Assembly (NCBI GenBank): GCA_017654855.1
Contig: CM030338.1
Location: 620,001 to 684,000 of the forward strand
Direction of reading: 5' to 3'
Source: Podospora anserina
Taxonomy: Eukaryota
Length of the DNA: 64,000 nt
Under the pieces are notes generated by a model, which saw only the letters and a list, made by a program, of their open reading frames with translations, did not search any database and was not told where the DNA came from. Shown in pieces: positions 24,567-36,323 of this stretch. The translations under genes and the position numbers were made by a program. Numbering within the stretch: position 1 is the stretch's first letter; the number at the start of each line of letters is the position of its first letter.

Positions 24567-25724
24567 ATGAAGTCCCTCTTCCTAGCCCTTCCGGGCCTCG
24601 CCCACGCGGCTCTTCGTTTCGGTTGCTCGACACTGACTATCGAGCGTCTCGACCCAGTTGTTGAGCCTGGGAATAACCCCTCTGCCCATGTTCACCAAGT
24701 CGTTGGTGGAAACGCGTTCAACGCTACTGTTGACACCTCGGTAGATGTTGGAAACCGCGCGACCTGCACCACCTGCATCTTTTCCGAAGACAAATCCAAC
24801 TACTGGACCGCCACACTGTATTTCCGTGCCCGAAATGGATCATACCACAAGGTGCCCCAGTACCCCAACGCTGTCTTCCACGACGGACAAGTCGGTGGCA
24901 TGACTATCTACTACACACAACAGGACTTCTGGGACAATGGAAACCAAAAGATCACGAGCTTCCCTCCTGGTTTCAGGATGACTGTTGGCAGCCCTACCAC
25001 CGAGACTCGGGAGCAAGCCCAGCAGTACAAGGGGCTGAGGTACACCTGTCTGCAAGACATTCTCACTCGTGGTAGTGAGACATATGACTTCCCCAAGCAG
25101 CCTTGCCCCGCTGGAATTATGGCCATTCATCACTTCCCCGCGTAGGTTCTTTCTGATGCATTGCAATGTTTGTAGTGACACTAACTGACATCATCTGTGT
25201 TCAGTTGCTGGGATGGCAAGAACCTGGACTCACCCGATCACCAATCCCACATGTTCCTCACCGGCCACGGCGGGTTCCGAGTTGCCGACCCTTGCCCAGC
25301 TTCCCACCCCGTCCGCATGCCCCAAGTTGCGTATGAGACCATGTGGGACACTTCTGTGTTCAACGACAAGGACCTTTGGCCTGAGGATGGTTCGCAGCCG
25401 TTTATCTGGTCGACTGGGGATACAAAAGGGTACTCCACCCACGCTGACTACTTGTTTGGCTGGGAGGGTGACTCGCTGCAGAGGGCCATGGATTCCAACT
25501 GCTTCTTCCAACGGTGCTCGCTGGGCAAGTATCCAGAGGGTGTGCTCAAAGTCCAGACACCCGAGGAGCAGAATGCTTGCAAGATTGAAACGACGGTCAA
25601 AGAGCCGGTGGATGGCTGTAAGTTTGCCCCTCTCCAATCTTTGTTTGAGGCCAAAAGCTGATAGACAACTTCAACAGGGCTTGACTACCTTCCTGGCAAG
25701 CCGGAGACTGCTCTGCGTCACTAA
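24567..25724 (+). CDS. Secreted DUF1996-family protein (paralog 1)
   Basis: Signal peptide; LRFGCS, RLDPVV, HVHQVVGGNAF, EDKSNYW, FPACWDGKNLDS and HADYLFGW. Introns 25142-25204 and 25618-~25677. Confidence 0.9.
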
Positions 25725-26316
25725 GAGAGGATGCTTCCATGGTGGCCACTAGACTGTAGCGCTGGAAAATGGAACCACAGGGTTGGAGAGGGTTGCACTT
25801 CAGGAAGTAGATCCCGCATCAAGACATACATATACAAGAGCCATTTGTCAGATTTACCAAATCATGATGAAAAGATGCGCTGCTCTGAAGCTTGTCTTCC
25901 TCTTTTGGTTACCATACTCCCACCTTTCCTTTCTGCTTTTATCCAGCACACAATCCACATCCTAGGCCCAGATGCTCTGCCGAAGACACTGCCATTCTCA
26001 ACCGGTAACCGACATCCTTCCCAGCTCTAGACAACCGGCAAAACTCTTGGCGCGCGGGTGGGATATTGACCATGTTGAACCTCATAGGCCAGAATGGACG
26101 ATCAGGATGCGGAAATATTGCCAGCACTCTACACTCATCTGGTGGAAAGAGTTACACAGGGGAGGACATGTTATTGCCACGGGCGCTCTGGACCGCAATC
26201 CTGCACAGCACAATGGAAAGATAACACGGGTTTGAGGCAGCCACGATCATCGGTTTTCCATTCTTCTTCCCATCATCCATCCCCTCATCCACAGGCAGTC
26301 CCTTGGTCAGGCCAAG

Positions 26317-27623
26317 ATGTTGAAATTTGGTCTTGTTGTCTCAGCCTTCATTGGCATCTGCTCCGCCCAGACGGGTGTCGAGCTCGACCGGCCTATGCTC
26401 GGTCCCCCTGGATCACCGCCACGCAGAAGCCCGGTTGCCATGTTGCGCTTTGGCTGCTCGCAGGTTGTGATTGAGCGTCTGGATCCGTAAGTGCTTCTCG
26501 ACATTAAACCAGCAGAAGGGCGACTGGAGCTAACCTCCGAGACAAGACTCGTCAACCCAGGCCAAAACCCATCATCCCACATGCACCAAATCGTGGGAGG
26601 AAATGCCTTCTCGGCCTCCATGCCCCTCGAAGACATCTCCGCCCTCTCCACCTGCACGACCTGCCACTTCCAAGAAGACCACTCCAACTACTGGACCGCC
26701 AACCTCTACTTCCGCGCACGCAACGGCACCTACAAACGTGTTCCTCAGATGGCCAACGAGTTCAACACCGGCGACAACGGTGGTATTACCGTGTACTATA
26801 CATCCCCAGCGCCGAATGCCACGACTGCTTTCAAGCCTGGTTTTCGCATGCTGGCCGGCGATGTGAACCTACGCAAGTCAGAGGGTCTCGGTCGGAACAT
26901 GCAGCAGTGCTATCGGTGTTATACCAAGGAGAACTTTGGAGGGAGCATGTACAGCCCGTGCATGGACCCTGTTTATGATACGGACCATCTTCCCAAGATA
27001 CCCTGTCCTGGCGGGATCAGGTCTAATATCATCTTTCCACTGTGCTGGGATGGCGTCAACTTGGATAGTCCAAACCACAAGGATCACGTTGCGCATCCTA
27101 TTACAGGACCAACATCGTTTTCCGTTGTCGGCGGAGAATGCCCCAAGTCGCATCCTGTCAAGATACCGCAGGTCATGTACGAAGTGATGTGGGACACGAG
27201 ACCGTTCAACAACCCGGAAGACTGGCCGGAGGATGGGAGTCAGCCTTTGGTGTTGTCGAATGGTGATACGTGAGTTTATTTCAGCTCAGGGTTTACAGCT
27301 AAAGTCAATTGTGGTGATATACTGACGCTGGAACAGAACCGGGTATGGCCAACATGGCGATTATGTCTTTGGCTGGGAAAAGGATTCCCTTCAAGTCGCG
27401 ATGGATACGGGGTGTTATCTGCGAAATTGCAGTAGCTTGACTGAGCTGCCGCCAAAGGTCAAGAACCAGTGCCAGGTGCCGGTCAGTGCAACGGTTGATG
27501 GAGATTTGGATGAGTGCAAGTTACCCCCCCACCTTTTTTTTTTTTTTTTTTGTGTTTTGAAGCTGTAGAGCTAATGGAATAACAGGGCTTACTGAGCTGC
27601 CGGGTGGTGGCCATGGTGAGTAG
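26317..27623 (+). CDS. Secreted DUF1996-family protein (paralog 2)
   Basis: Signal peptide MLKFGLVVSAFIGICSA; LRFGCS, HMHQIVGGNAF, EDHSNYW, FPLCWDGVNLDS and HGDYVFGW. Last intron 27516-27585 has a GC donor. Confidence 0.9.
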
Positions 27624-27897
27624 GGCATGGGAATGCCAGTAGAAACAATTGGGTGGAGTGGTAGATAAACATTTGCCACAGCATAAGCCCACAGCCGCAG
27701 ATTGTGGTACACTGCCCCTGAGCCACGTGGATGGCCCCCTCCCCGTGCCGTGTGCCTCCCTTGGGTGGCTACGTCATTGTCAACTTCGTGTTACGCTCGT
27801 GGTTCATATAATTATTATTATTCATTTCCTTGACTCCGTTTTTTTTGCTCACTTCAAAACATCTCTCTTGACAAACTCCCATACTCACCGATTCATC

Positions 27898-28680
27898 ATG
27901 GCACAAGCCAAAACAACTTCACTCGTCCTTGCTGACGCCGACCACCTCATCTATGACACCTCTTCCACCCCTCCCACTGCAGTCTACGGCCTCAGCACGA
28001 ACATCGAATCGCTCACTTACAAAGACTCCTCCCTGAACTTCAGTCGCGCGCTCGATCAAAAAACGGCATCATCATCAACACTCGAATCAGACCCCGCGAC
28101 ACAACAAGAAGGCGACCGCCTCTACAACCTCGTCCACCCCCTCAACGCAGACTACCGCACTGACATCCCCGCCCACTTCTTCCTCACCTGCCATTCCCCA
28201 TCCCTCTCCCCCGTGGGCAACATTAAACTCACCACCTCCAAGTCCCTCCTCTCCAGCAAACCTGACAAAATCAAAGCGGTGCACTACCCCAACCGCACAG
28301 CATCGACCTCCCCACTATTCCCCGACGAAGATGCCACTGAAAAGGTTCTCCTCACATGCAGCAAACAAACATTTGGCAAGGGCTACACCTGGACAAACTC
28401 GCAAAACAAGGAAGTAGCACGAGAGGAAGAGCTCAAGGACGGGGATGCTGTCAAGGGCAGAAGGTTGATTTTCACAAGTGGACAAATCACCCAGGAGGAA
28501 CAAGACGCCCTTGTTGCAGTTTGGGTTCTGAAACGGTGGGTGGAAGTGGCCGAGGAGAAGGAATTCAAGAAGGAGGCGCTGGACAAGCTGTCTCCGGCCG
28601 AGCAAGCGGCCATGGATATGAAGTGGTTCAAGCGGGCGGGGGGGTTGGCCGGGTTGGCGGCTGCGGGAGGGGCTTGCTGA
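27898..28680 (+). CDS. Hypothetical protein
   Basis: 260-aa ORF from a good-context ATG with coding-like composition; no family recognised. Confidence 0.65.
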   Translation: MAQAKTTSLVLADADHLIYDTSSTPPTAVYGLSTNIESLTYKDSSLNFSRALDQKTASSSTLESDPATQQEGDRLYNLVHPLNADYRTDIPAHFFLTCHSPSLSPVGNIKLTTSKSLLSSKPDKIKAVHYPNRTASTSPLFPDEDATEKVLLTCSKQTFGKGYTWTNSQNKEVAREEELKDGDAVKGRRLIFTSGQITQEEQDALVAVWVLKRWVEVAEEKEFKKEALDKLSPAEQAAMDMKWFKRAGGLAGLAAAGGAC

Positions 28681-28999
28681 GGGGGCTGTGCCGTAGCCTG
28701 GGGCTAGGATCGGGTGTCTGTTGGTGTTGAAGAGCGGTAAACGGGCTGTGTAACTGTCGATCAACCCGTTGACTTGCGTAGTTTGGTAACGAATCATTAC
28801 TGGATCACACTACACGTGTATGCATACTACAACAAACTTGGACTGTTGTTGCTTATGTCCCACAGAAATGATCCTTCCCCGCCCGCATATATTCTCCGTT
28901 AGCCTCGTGGAAAAGGAGGAAATTCTCCGGACAAAGACTTGGGCCAATGAGTATAGAGAGGTACCTTTTGGTCGCCAAGAATGCCACGCTTGAAGGATT

Positions 29000-29991
29000 G
29001 CAGTTACAGTAAATAGAGCGAGGTTCCAACCATGATTGACCGATCCCATTCTCTTGGTGTCGACTCGTCCTTCCGGTTTAGCACAATACTCTCCTATTCT
29101 AGACAGGAAACCAACCCTTTCCCGCAAGGCCGATCTTGCTCAATCGCAAACTGGCAGCTACCGTATCCATGATTACTGTGTTCGGGCATCAAGCTCACCA
29201 CAACAGCACCATGCCCATCTGGTCCAGCTCCCGACTCCAAGACCTGGAGGGCGAAAGTTTTGGATGGCTGTTGTTGCGGTCAGATGGCAAAGACGGCTCC
29301 TTGACGTCATTGAATACAGCCAAGAGCCTCCGTGTGATTCGGTGAGTGCGTATTTGGACATGCAACCAGCTTCGTGGGCTCTCAGGTGGTCATCCCGGAA
29401 CCCGGAACGGCAGGACCAAGAGTGGCTTCGCGGGAGCTCCGTGTTGGTACCGAATGGCGCGGGGAGCTGCAAGGTGCTGAGGGGGAGCCAGGAAAGTGAA
29501 AAGGCTGCCGATCGTAGGAGGGCGGACGTGGATCGTGAGATCGGCAGGTGTAAAGCTGGAACGGTGGTGGTGGTGGTGGTGGTGGTGGTGATGGCGGTGT
29601 AGCTGAAGACCTGGTCTATATGACAGAGGAATAGTCAGCAGGGTCTACCTCTAGATGTTGGTGCCTAGGCTTACCCTTGGAGTTTGGGCCTTGGTGCTGA
29701 TCGAGTAGAAAATAAGTGGTGGGCGGAAAAGTCACTCCCAGCCAACACAAGGCAGCCGACTCTTTCGGAGTTGGTCAATGTCTGTGACCGCAAGTCTTGC
29801 GCCAAGCGGTGCCTGTTGGTAAGGTTAGATATTTAGGTGGTAGCCACTCAACCTCGGACTTGGTTGCGGCAGGGGGCTTACCGTACAAGTCCAGATCCTC
29901 CGCGGGGGCATCGAGAAAGAACTTTCCCATCTGGAAATCGAATTTTGTCGATGACAGTCATGCCAAGAGAAACAAAGGTTACGTTGTCCAT
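29000..29991 (-). pseudogene. Degraded PfkB-family sugar kinase remnant
   Basis: MDNVTFVSLGMTVIDKIRFPDGKVL...GGSG resembles the N-terminus of fungal PfkB kinases. Downstream is only scattered fragments and the 3' limit is approximate. Confidence 0.45.
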
Positions 29992-30364
29992 GGCCGGGAG
30001 GTCCGGTAGGTCAGGTGCCGTACCACACGGGCAGGGGAGGTTGGCTTCGTTGCAACAGTAAGACGAAAACTGACCCAAATGGTAGAAGCTAATCACGTGT
30101 GCATCACACAAGCAGCATTGTGGTGGCAGTAACAACCTCGAAGTTGGGTCGGCCAAGCTCTAGAAGCGCTCTTGTGCCGCTCGTATAACAGCCACCGTTT
30201 GATCCTTCGAGTTTCAAGGCAGACAACATGCATTCTCGATCGATCGGTAGAATATTCAGAGAAATAATGTGACGTAGTTACCCTTACCCTTCTGAGGCTA
30301 TTGGGCCACCCCATCCATCCACCACCATCAGCTTTGAATTTTTCATGCGCAAAAACCAGCTCTG

Positions 30365-30944
30365 ATGTCTTTTCTACGGTCGCCCTTGGTGCAGCATCTC
30401 CTGGGCATCCTTCAGGTCGTGTCGGCATGTTTCATGGCATGGAAGGGCGCCTGCCTTCTTTCTGGCACTCCCTACCCGGCCGTGGTGGTCATCACCAACT
30501 CGATGGCCCCGGCCTTTGATCCGGGGGACATCTTGCTCGTCCATCGCCACCCGGCACATGACAGGAGAGTAAGGGTTGGTGACCTTCCCGTCATCCTCAA
30601 TCCTGATCGACCATTTCCTTTTATTCACCGGGTTATTGGTGTGTTTTACGATGACAATCAAGAGTATGTGTGCTTTGGATTACTGAATGGGTTGAGCGAA
30701 CGATTGCTGATTTGCATGCAGGGAGATGGTGTTGACCAAAGGTGACAACAATGAGCTGAACGATTCAGTTGGAATGATGTATCCTGGTGGGCAGGAATAC
30801 ATCTCTCGACGTGAAATCGCCGGCTTCGTCAGAGGCTATGTTCCTTTGCTGGGTTGGGTTGTTATTTTCTTGCAGGACCCTATCCGTACTATGGAGCGGT
30901 TGCTATCTTCAGATGACGAGCTTGGGCCTAACAACTTTATATGA
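30365..30944 (+). CDS. Divergent Sec11-like signal peptidase (S26B)
   Basis: VVVITNSMAPAFDPGDIL (catalytic Ser box), FIHRVI (His), LTKGDNNELND and GYVPLLGWVVI; intron ~30666-30721. Confidence 0.8.
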
Positions 30945-31011
30945 TTCTGTTGAATTTCTCCCCGACATCGACCACCTTCAGTGAAAGGTCAACGTTGAGC
31001 AACTATCTGAC

Positions 31012-32097
31012 CTACATACCCAGAGCAACATAGATCTTGGGGTACATCCACAGCGGCACCACCATAAAGAAGAATCCAAACAGGTACATCATCCCGGCCG
31101 TTCTCACCGCCCAAGACGGCACCTCTCTCTTGCAACTCTTCCACCCCGCCGTCTTCCCGACAAAAGTCTCCACGGCACAAGCCACAAAGTTCAAGAAAAA
31201 GAACAAGACATCCCGACCCATCGCCCCGTCACCAACAGCCCACCCCCCCAAGCCGTGTGACAAGCCCGAAAGTAAAAAAACAAACAGGGGTACCAATGTC
31301 TTTCTCAAACCTGTTTTCTTCTCAACGCCAAGTATATCCAAGAAGAGGCCCGCATAGAACGCAAACGTCGGGATCGTAATCCTATTCCACACTTTCCCCC
31401 AAAAGCCCCTCACAGACGTCGCATTCGCCGCACGCCCCCAGATCGAGGGCCACTCCTCCGGTTCATCCCATCTCAGGACTGCAACGAACGCAAGCGAGAG
31501 AGCACAACGGGAGGCTTCAAGAAGGTAAAACGCTGTCCAGATCCAGTTCACCGAGATGCCGGCTCGGATGAGGAGCTGTCTACCGGTGAGTGGTTGGAAG
31601 CGAAAGACTTCGTAGTCAGGGGCAAAATCCGATGGTTTGGCGCCTGTGAAGACAAATACGGAAATGACACCTTGGACGAGGTGCGTGTCTGCTGTGAAGA
31701 GGAGGGCGATCTTGACGAGCTGAAGGATGGCGAATCTGAGCCGGGATTGGGGGTTCTTGTTGGGAGTAGTGGAGAATACCACTGGGGGGGCTTCAAGCCC
31801 TCGAGGGTTGTTCCAGAGTTTGTAAGCGTTGATGAAACCCGGGGATTTTGGTGGTTGGTGGTCAAGAACAAGGATTTTGAGAGTGTGAAGAAAGTAGAAG
31901 ATGACGAGGCTGGCGTAGGTGCTGTTGAGCCCTCCAGGCCATGTCAGGTGGTGGCAAGTGTTCAGAGACAGGAAGTTGAGTGGCCATATGGCGAGCAGTG
32001 AAAGCTTTCGGATTCCTTTTCCTTGGCCTAGAGACAATATCGTGACGAGGCTCGCCAGAGCAAAAGACCATAAAGGGGTGAATACTGTCGAATGCAT
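31012..32097 (-). CDS. MBOAT_2/wax-synthase-like (TRI7-like) membrane O-acyltransferase
   Basis: Multi-TM; NNPRG, WPSIWG, SVRGFWGKVW and FLLSGLSH (catalytic His). Confidence 0.82.
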   Translation of the reverse strand: MHSTVFTPLWSFALASLVTILSLGQGKGIRKLSLLAIWPLNFLSLNTCHHLTWPGGLNSTYASLVIFYFLHTLKILVLDHQPPKSPGFINAYKLWNNPRGLEAPPVVFSTTPNKNPQSRLRFAILQLVKIALLFTADTHLVQGVISVFVFTGAKPSDFAPDYEVFRFQPLTGRQLLIRAGISVNWIWTAFYLLEASRCALSLAFVAVLRWDEPEEWPSIWGRAANATSVRGFWGKVWNRITIPTFAFYAGLFLDILGVEKKTGLRKTLVPLFVFLLSGLSHGLGGWAVGDGAMGRDVLFFFLNFVACAVETFVGKTAGWKSCKREVPSWAVRTAGMMYLFGFFFMVVPLWMYPKIYVALGM

Positions 32098-32807
32098 AAT
32101 CGTGAGTGAAATGTCGCGCTTTCCGTAGTTGAGAATGACAACATTCATTCGAGATAGAAGTGCTCCAAGGAGGGAGAAAGTGGGAAGTCGACGCCGCAGT
32201 CTTACAGTCTGTAACCCACCTCGTTTAAGTTCCAGCACACCGAATCCTTCTCAGGCGCTATGCGAGGATCCTGTACCATGCACCGTTGCTGCCACGCAAG
32301 CTTCCATAAACCTTGGCTGGTCAGCCTTACACTTGAAACTAGCCCACACTATAGATCAAGGGTGATCCAACGTTACGTTCCACAACCAAGAACATGTTTG
32401 CGGTCCCACGGCAGCCAAGGAAATCGAACATCAGACACGACATCGATGGGCTACCATATCGTCGATACGGACAATCAACATAACATCCACTGCTCCGATC
32501 ACCTACCTGTGTAGGTCATATCTTGGGCCGTGCGGATTGTATACCTGGTCATCATAGTTCTTCTACCATGAGTGCCAGGAGCCGGCCATACCTCGGGGCA
32601 GGTTTCGACCACGAGATCCTCACCCCTGAGAATCTTCACTGCTTCCGTCAAGATCACTAATGGCACCAAGGTCTAGTGACTCTCCAAGCTGACCAACAAG
32701 TCGGTGGGACCTGGCGATGATCAAGGCCTGTTGGAGGAAGGAACCTCTATCCATATTCACTAACAGAACGAGGTAGGGTAGTATGACAAGAGCGAGACCG
32801 GCACAAG

Positions 32808-32813
32808 TATAAA
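32808..32813 (+). promoter_or_regulatory. Probable TATA box of the secreted-protein gene
   Basis: TATAAA about 100 bp upstream of ATG 32914, followed by a CT/CA-rich leader. Confidence 0.45.
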
Positions 32814-32913
32814 GCTGATCTCTTCGCCCAACCTTCAATCATCTTCTGTCCTTCAACACAACAACATCTCCAGCCCTCATCTATACCATTCCAGTACCAC
32901 CACAACCAACAAA

Positions 32914-33519
32914 ATGCCTTCCTTCACCACCAAGGCCGCCGCTGTTGCGCTCGCGCTCAGCTACTTCTCCGTCCAGCAGGTCCAGTGCCCCCCGGTGTTC
33001 ATCGGGCCCATCCTCACCGTCGTTGGCGCAGTTGCAGGCTTCGCCGTCGAGGTCACTGGTGCCGTCCTGAAGTGCGAACTCGGAGACTGCACCGACGACA
33101 GACGCCGCAGTGTGGCCGGCGGTCTCCGTGCCCGCATGCTCAAGGCGCGCCCCATCTTGACTGGCCGCCAGGCAACTCCCCCCACCGCCCCCGAGGGTGT
33201 GCCCCAGTTTGAGTTCGACAGGTGCTTCAACGACATCAACGGCGGAAGCGTCCTCCTTGAGGGTCCGGTGGAGAATAACGGTGGGTGCTTGCGAATGACT
33301 CCTTTTTGAACAGATATGGCTGACACGTTTTGCGATCTAGGCATCCGCATCAGCGGTCTTCCTGCTACCTGCATGAACCTTGCTACTGTTCTTGATGGCG
33401 ACGCTTCTGGTGGACCCCCTCCCACTCCTTGCGGCTCTGACTGCCTCCTGTACAACAACCTCAGTGCCGCCGACTACAACAACCTGCGCGGTATCTTGAA
33501 CGACTGGGCCGGCGCTTAG
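32914..33519 (+). CDS. Small secreted Cys-containing prepro-protein
   Basis: Signal peptide; intron 33281-33340; RRR and GR|Q putative processing sites; strong codon bias. Confidence 0.8.
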
Positions 33520-33744
33520 GTCTTCTCTCGACTGGATGTATGGTAGGGAGGCAGAGGGCTGAAGCCATTGGGGCTGGCACCGATTTTCTAAGAGGTTATT
33601 TTGTTCCTGTCGCTCATTTGTTGCATGTTTTCGGAGGATGTATTGCACAGTTCAGCTTGGTGTAGGTAGCAGGTAGCAGAGCCGGTCGTTGCCCAGGTAC
33701 ACAATACCACTACGCTGGCGTAGAAACCAATGTTCCCTCAAGAA

Positions 33745-34500
33745 TCACAGTGTCTTGCCCTCTTCCAACAATGCGACAAACTCCCCAATCTTCCTCGTCC
33801 TGGTCTCTGCCCGTTTGGTTGTCACGAGCTTCATCAGAAAAGTATACCTCTTCGTCTTCCCCAGCCCCTCCCAGAACCCCTTTGCCTTGTCATTCTCCGC
33901 CAGCGCGGCGCCAAAGTCCTCGGGCATCTCCATCATGCTAGCCCCATCGTATGCCCTGTCCCAGCGTCCGTCTTCCTGTGCCCGCTTGACCTCTGCCAAT
34001 CCTGCCTCTTCCATTCTTCCTGCTAGAGTCAAGGCAGCAACCTTTTGGACGTTGCGCTTGGACCACATGCTGTTCTTCCTTCGGGGGGTGAATCGCTGGA
34101 GGAAGTAGAGCGAGTCGAGGGCCTTGCGCTGGCCGTCGATCCAGCCGTAACAGAGAGCGCAGTCGATGGCTTCATCGTAGGAGATGGAGGGAATGTTGGA
34201 GTTTTTCTTGGAGATCTTGAGCCAGATTCCGAGGGGTGTTGTCGAATAGTTCGTGCCTAACCAGCTGGTGAAGGAGGCAGAGGTTGGGAAAGAGAGGGTT
34301 TCCGGGGTTGGGGTTAGCGGTGGAGTCTGAGCGGCGGTCGTCGTTTGTGGGGTTGGCATGGATGGTGGTTTTGCTGCTTCTGCTGCTGTTGCTTTGACCC
34401 GCGCGGGTGTCAGTTTGGGCAGAGCTGAGCTCGGTGTTGAGGCTTCAGCGACTGACTGAAGGGCTTTGGCTGCCGCGGAGCGACTTCGGGTCGACCTCAT
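33745..34500 (-). CDS. YdeI/OmdA (bacteriocin-protection) family protein
   Basis: GIWLKISKK, YDEAIDCALCYGWIDG, QRFTPRRKNSMWSKRN, GRMEEAG and MPEDFGAAL; intronless. Confidence 0.88.
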   Translation of the reverse strand: MRSTRSRSAAAKALQSVAEASTPSSALPKLTPARVKATAAEAAKPPSMPTPQTTTAAQTPPLTPTPETLSFPTSASFTSWLGTNYSTTPLGIWLKISKKNSNIPSISYDEAIDCALCYGWIDGQRKALDSLYFLQRFTPRRKNSMWSKRNVQKVAALTLAGRMEEAGLAEVKRAQEDGRWDRAYDGASMMEMPEDFGAALAENDKAKGFWEGLGKTKRYTFLMKLVTTKRAETRTRKIGEFVALLEEGKTL

Positions 34501-34988
34501 TTTCGGAACTGATGGATGATGAATGATGAAGAGAAGACGCGTTCGACAAAGCCAACAACTTGGGAGGCGCGTTGTGAGCACCCCGCGCCAAGGCCACATG
34601 TGTAAGTCCGGGGTCCGGGTTTCGGGTTAGGGTTTACGAGCATGTCATTACCCCTGAGCCCCTGACTCCACCTTTGTATCTGGGTGCCAAAGTAAACATG
34701 AGACTTAGGTTCCATCTCAAATCGATGGGAGAGGACTATCCGAAGATACCGAGCCATGATAACTAATCCAGAAACGATATGAGGACTGCGGACCAACTCC
34801 AACAGCTTCGGTAACCCCACTTGGCGATGTCGTGATTGTGCGCCATCGCCATTTGTCATCCATCCCGCCTTGTCATGAGAGATAAGTATGAGGATATCAT
34901 GGGCTTTGAGAGCTCTTGAAAGGGCGTCCTCAACACTGATTATTATTTTATCTCTCTGGTAACGAAACAATCCTTTAACTCTTTCACC

Positions 34989-36323
34989 ATGGCTACCCCG
35001 AAGAAGCAGCTGCACCTCACAGCGTTTATGCGCCCAGTCTCGCTCCATACAGGAGCATGGCGCTACCCCGGTGCTGTTCCCAATGCCAACTTTTCTCTCC
35101 CTCATCTCAAGTCCTTCATTCAAAAGCTCGAAGCTGCCAAGTTCGATGCCTTCTTCATGGCCGACCACCTAGCAGTCTTGAACATGCCCATCGAGGCCCT
35201 GCAGCGATCCCACACCGTCACCTCCTTTGAGCCATTCACTCTTCTGTCCGCACTGTCCGCTGTGACAGAGAAGATCGGCCTCGCGGCCACAGCCTCGACT
35301 ACATACGACGAACCCTACCACGTCGCCCGCCGCTTCGCCAGCTTGGACCACCTCTCCTCGGGCAGAGCAGCCTGGAACATCGTCACGACCGGCAATCCGG
35401 AATCTGCCAAGAATTTTGGGTTGGATGAGCACGTGGAGCATTCTGAGCGGTACAAGCGAGCCAGGGAGTTTTACGAGGTTGTCACTGGGCTGTGGGATAG
35501 TTTCGCGGACGACGCGTTCGCCTCTCGGAGTCAGGAGTCCGGGATCTACTTTGATCCTTCCAAGCTTCACGTGCTCAACCACAAAGGGGAGAGTCTCAAA
35601 GTGAGGGGGCCTTTGAACATTGCGAGACCGGTACAAGGGTGGCCAGTGATTGTTCAGGCTGGGCAGTCGGAGCCGGGGAAACAGCTTGCCGCAGAGACGG
35701 CAGAGGTGGTGTTTTGTTCGCCGAGGGATATTCAAGGTGCGAAGGAATTGTATGAGGATATCAAGGGAAGGGCAGAGAAGTATGGCAGGAATAGGGACAG
35801 CTTGAGGATCCTGCCGGCCGCCTTGGTGATTGTTGGTGATACGGTTCAGGATGCCAAGGAGAAGAGGTTGAAGCTTGATAGCCTGGTTCATTATGATAGC
35901 GCGATTGCCTCGCTGTCCATTGCTCTTGGTAGCGATGCTTCAGGGTTCGATCCTGATGGTCCACTGCCAGATGATATTGCAGACACCAACGCCAGCAAGA
36001 CTGGGAGAGCAGGGGTTATCAAGCTCGCAAGGGATGAAGGCCTGACAGTCAAGCAGCTTGCCCAAAGATATGGAGGGTATGCGGGGCTGGCCTTTGTTGG
36101 TACACCCCAGAGCATTGCTGACGAGATGGAGGAATGGCTGTCACAAGGGGCCGCAGATGGTTTTACTGTCACTTTCCCTTTTGTCCCCCAGGGAATAGAT
36201 GATGTCACGCAGAGACTGGTTCCTGAACTTCAGAGACGGGGCTTGTTCAGAACTGAGTATGAGGGGAGTACTTTGAGGGAGCACCTTGGACTGTCCAGGC
36301 CGAACAATCGTTTCTTTACCTGA
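34989..36323 (+). CDS. Luciferase-like FMN-dependent monooxygenase, NtaA/SnaA/DszA family
   Basis: HTGAWR, FFMADHL, FEPFTLLSAL, ARRFASLDHLSSGRAAWNIVT, QAGQS and LVPELQRRGLFRTEYEGSTLREHLGL; intronless. Confidence 0.95.
   Translation: MATPKKQLHLTAFMRPVSLHTGAWRYPGAVPNANFSLPHLKSFIQKLEAAKFDAFFMADHLAVLNMPIEALQRSHTVTSFEPFTLLSALSAVTEKIGLAATASTTYDEPYHVARRFASLDHLSSGRAAWNIVTTGNPESAKNFGLDEHVEHSERYKRAREFYEVVTGLWDSFADDAFASRSQESGIYFDPSKLHVLNHKGESLKVRGPLNIARPVQGWPVIVQAGQSEPGKQLAAETAEVVFCSPRDIQGAKELYEDIKGRAEKYGRNRDSLRILPAALVIVGDTVQDAKEKRLKLDSLVHYDSAIASLSIALGSDASGFDPDGPLPDDIADTNASKTGRAGVIKLARDEGLTVKQLAQRYGGYAGLAFVGTPQSIADEMEEWLSQGAADGFTVTFPFVPQGIDDVTQRLVPELQRRGLFRTEYEGSTLREHLGLSRPNNRFFT

Noticed and set aside
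29563-29592. (GTG)n tract giving a poly-Val ORF end
   Set aside because: Simple microsatellite within a degraded region.
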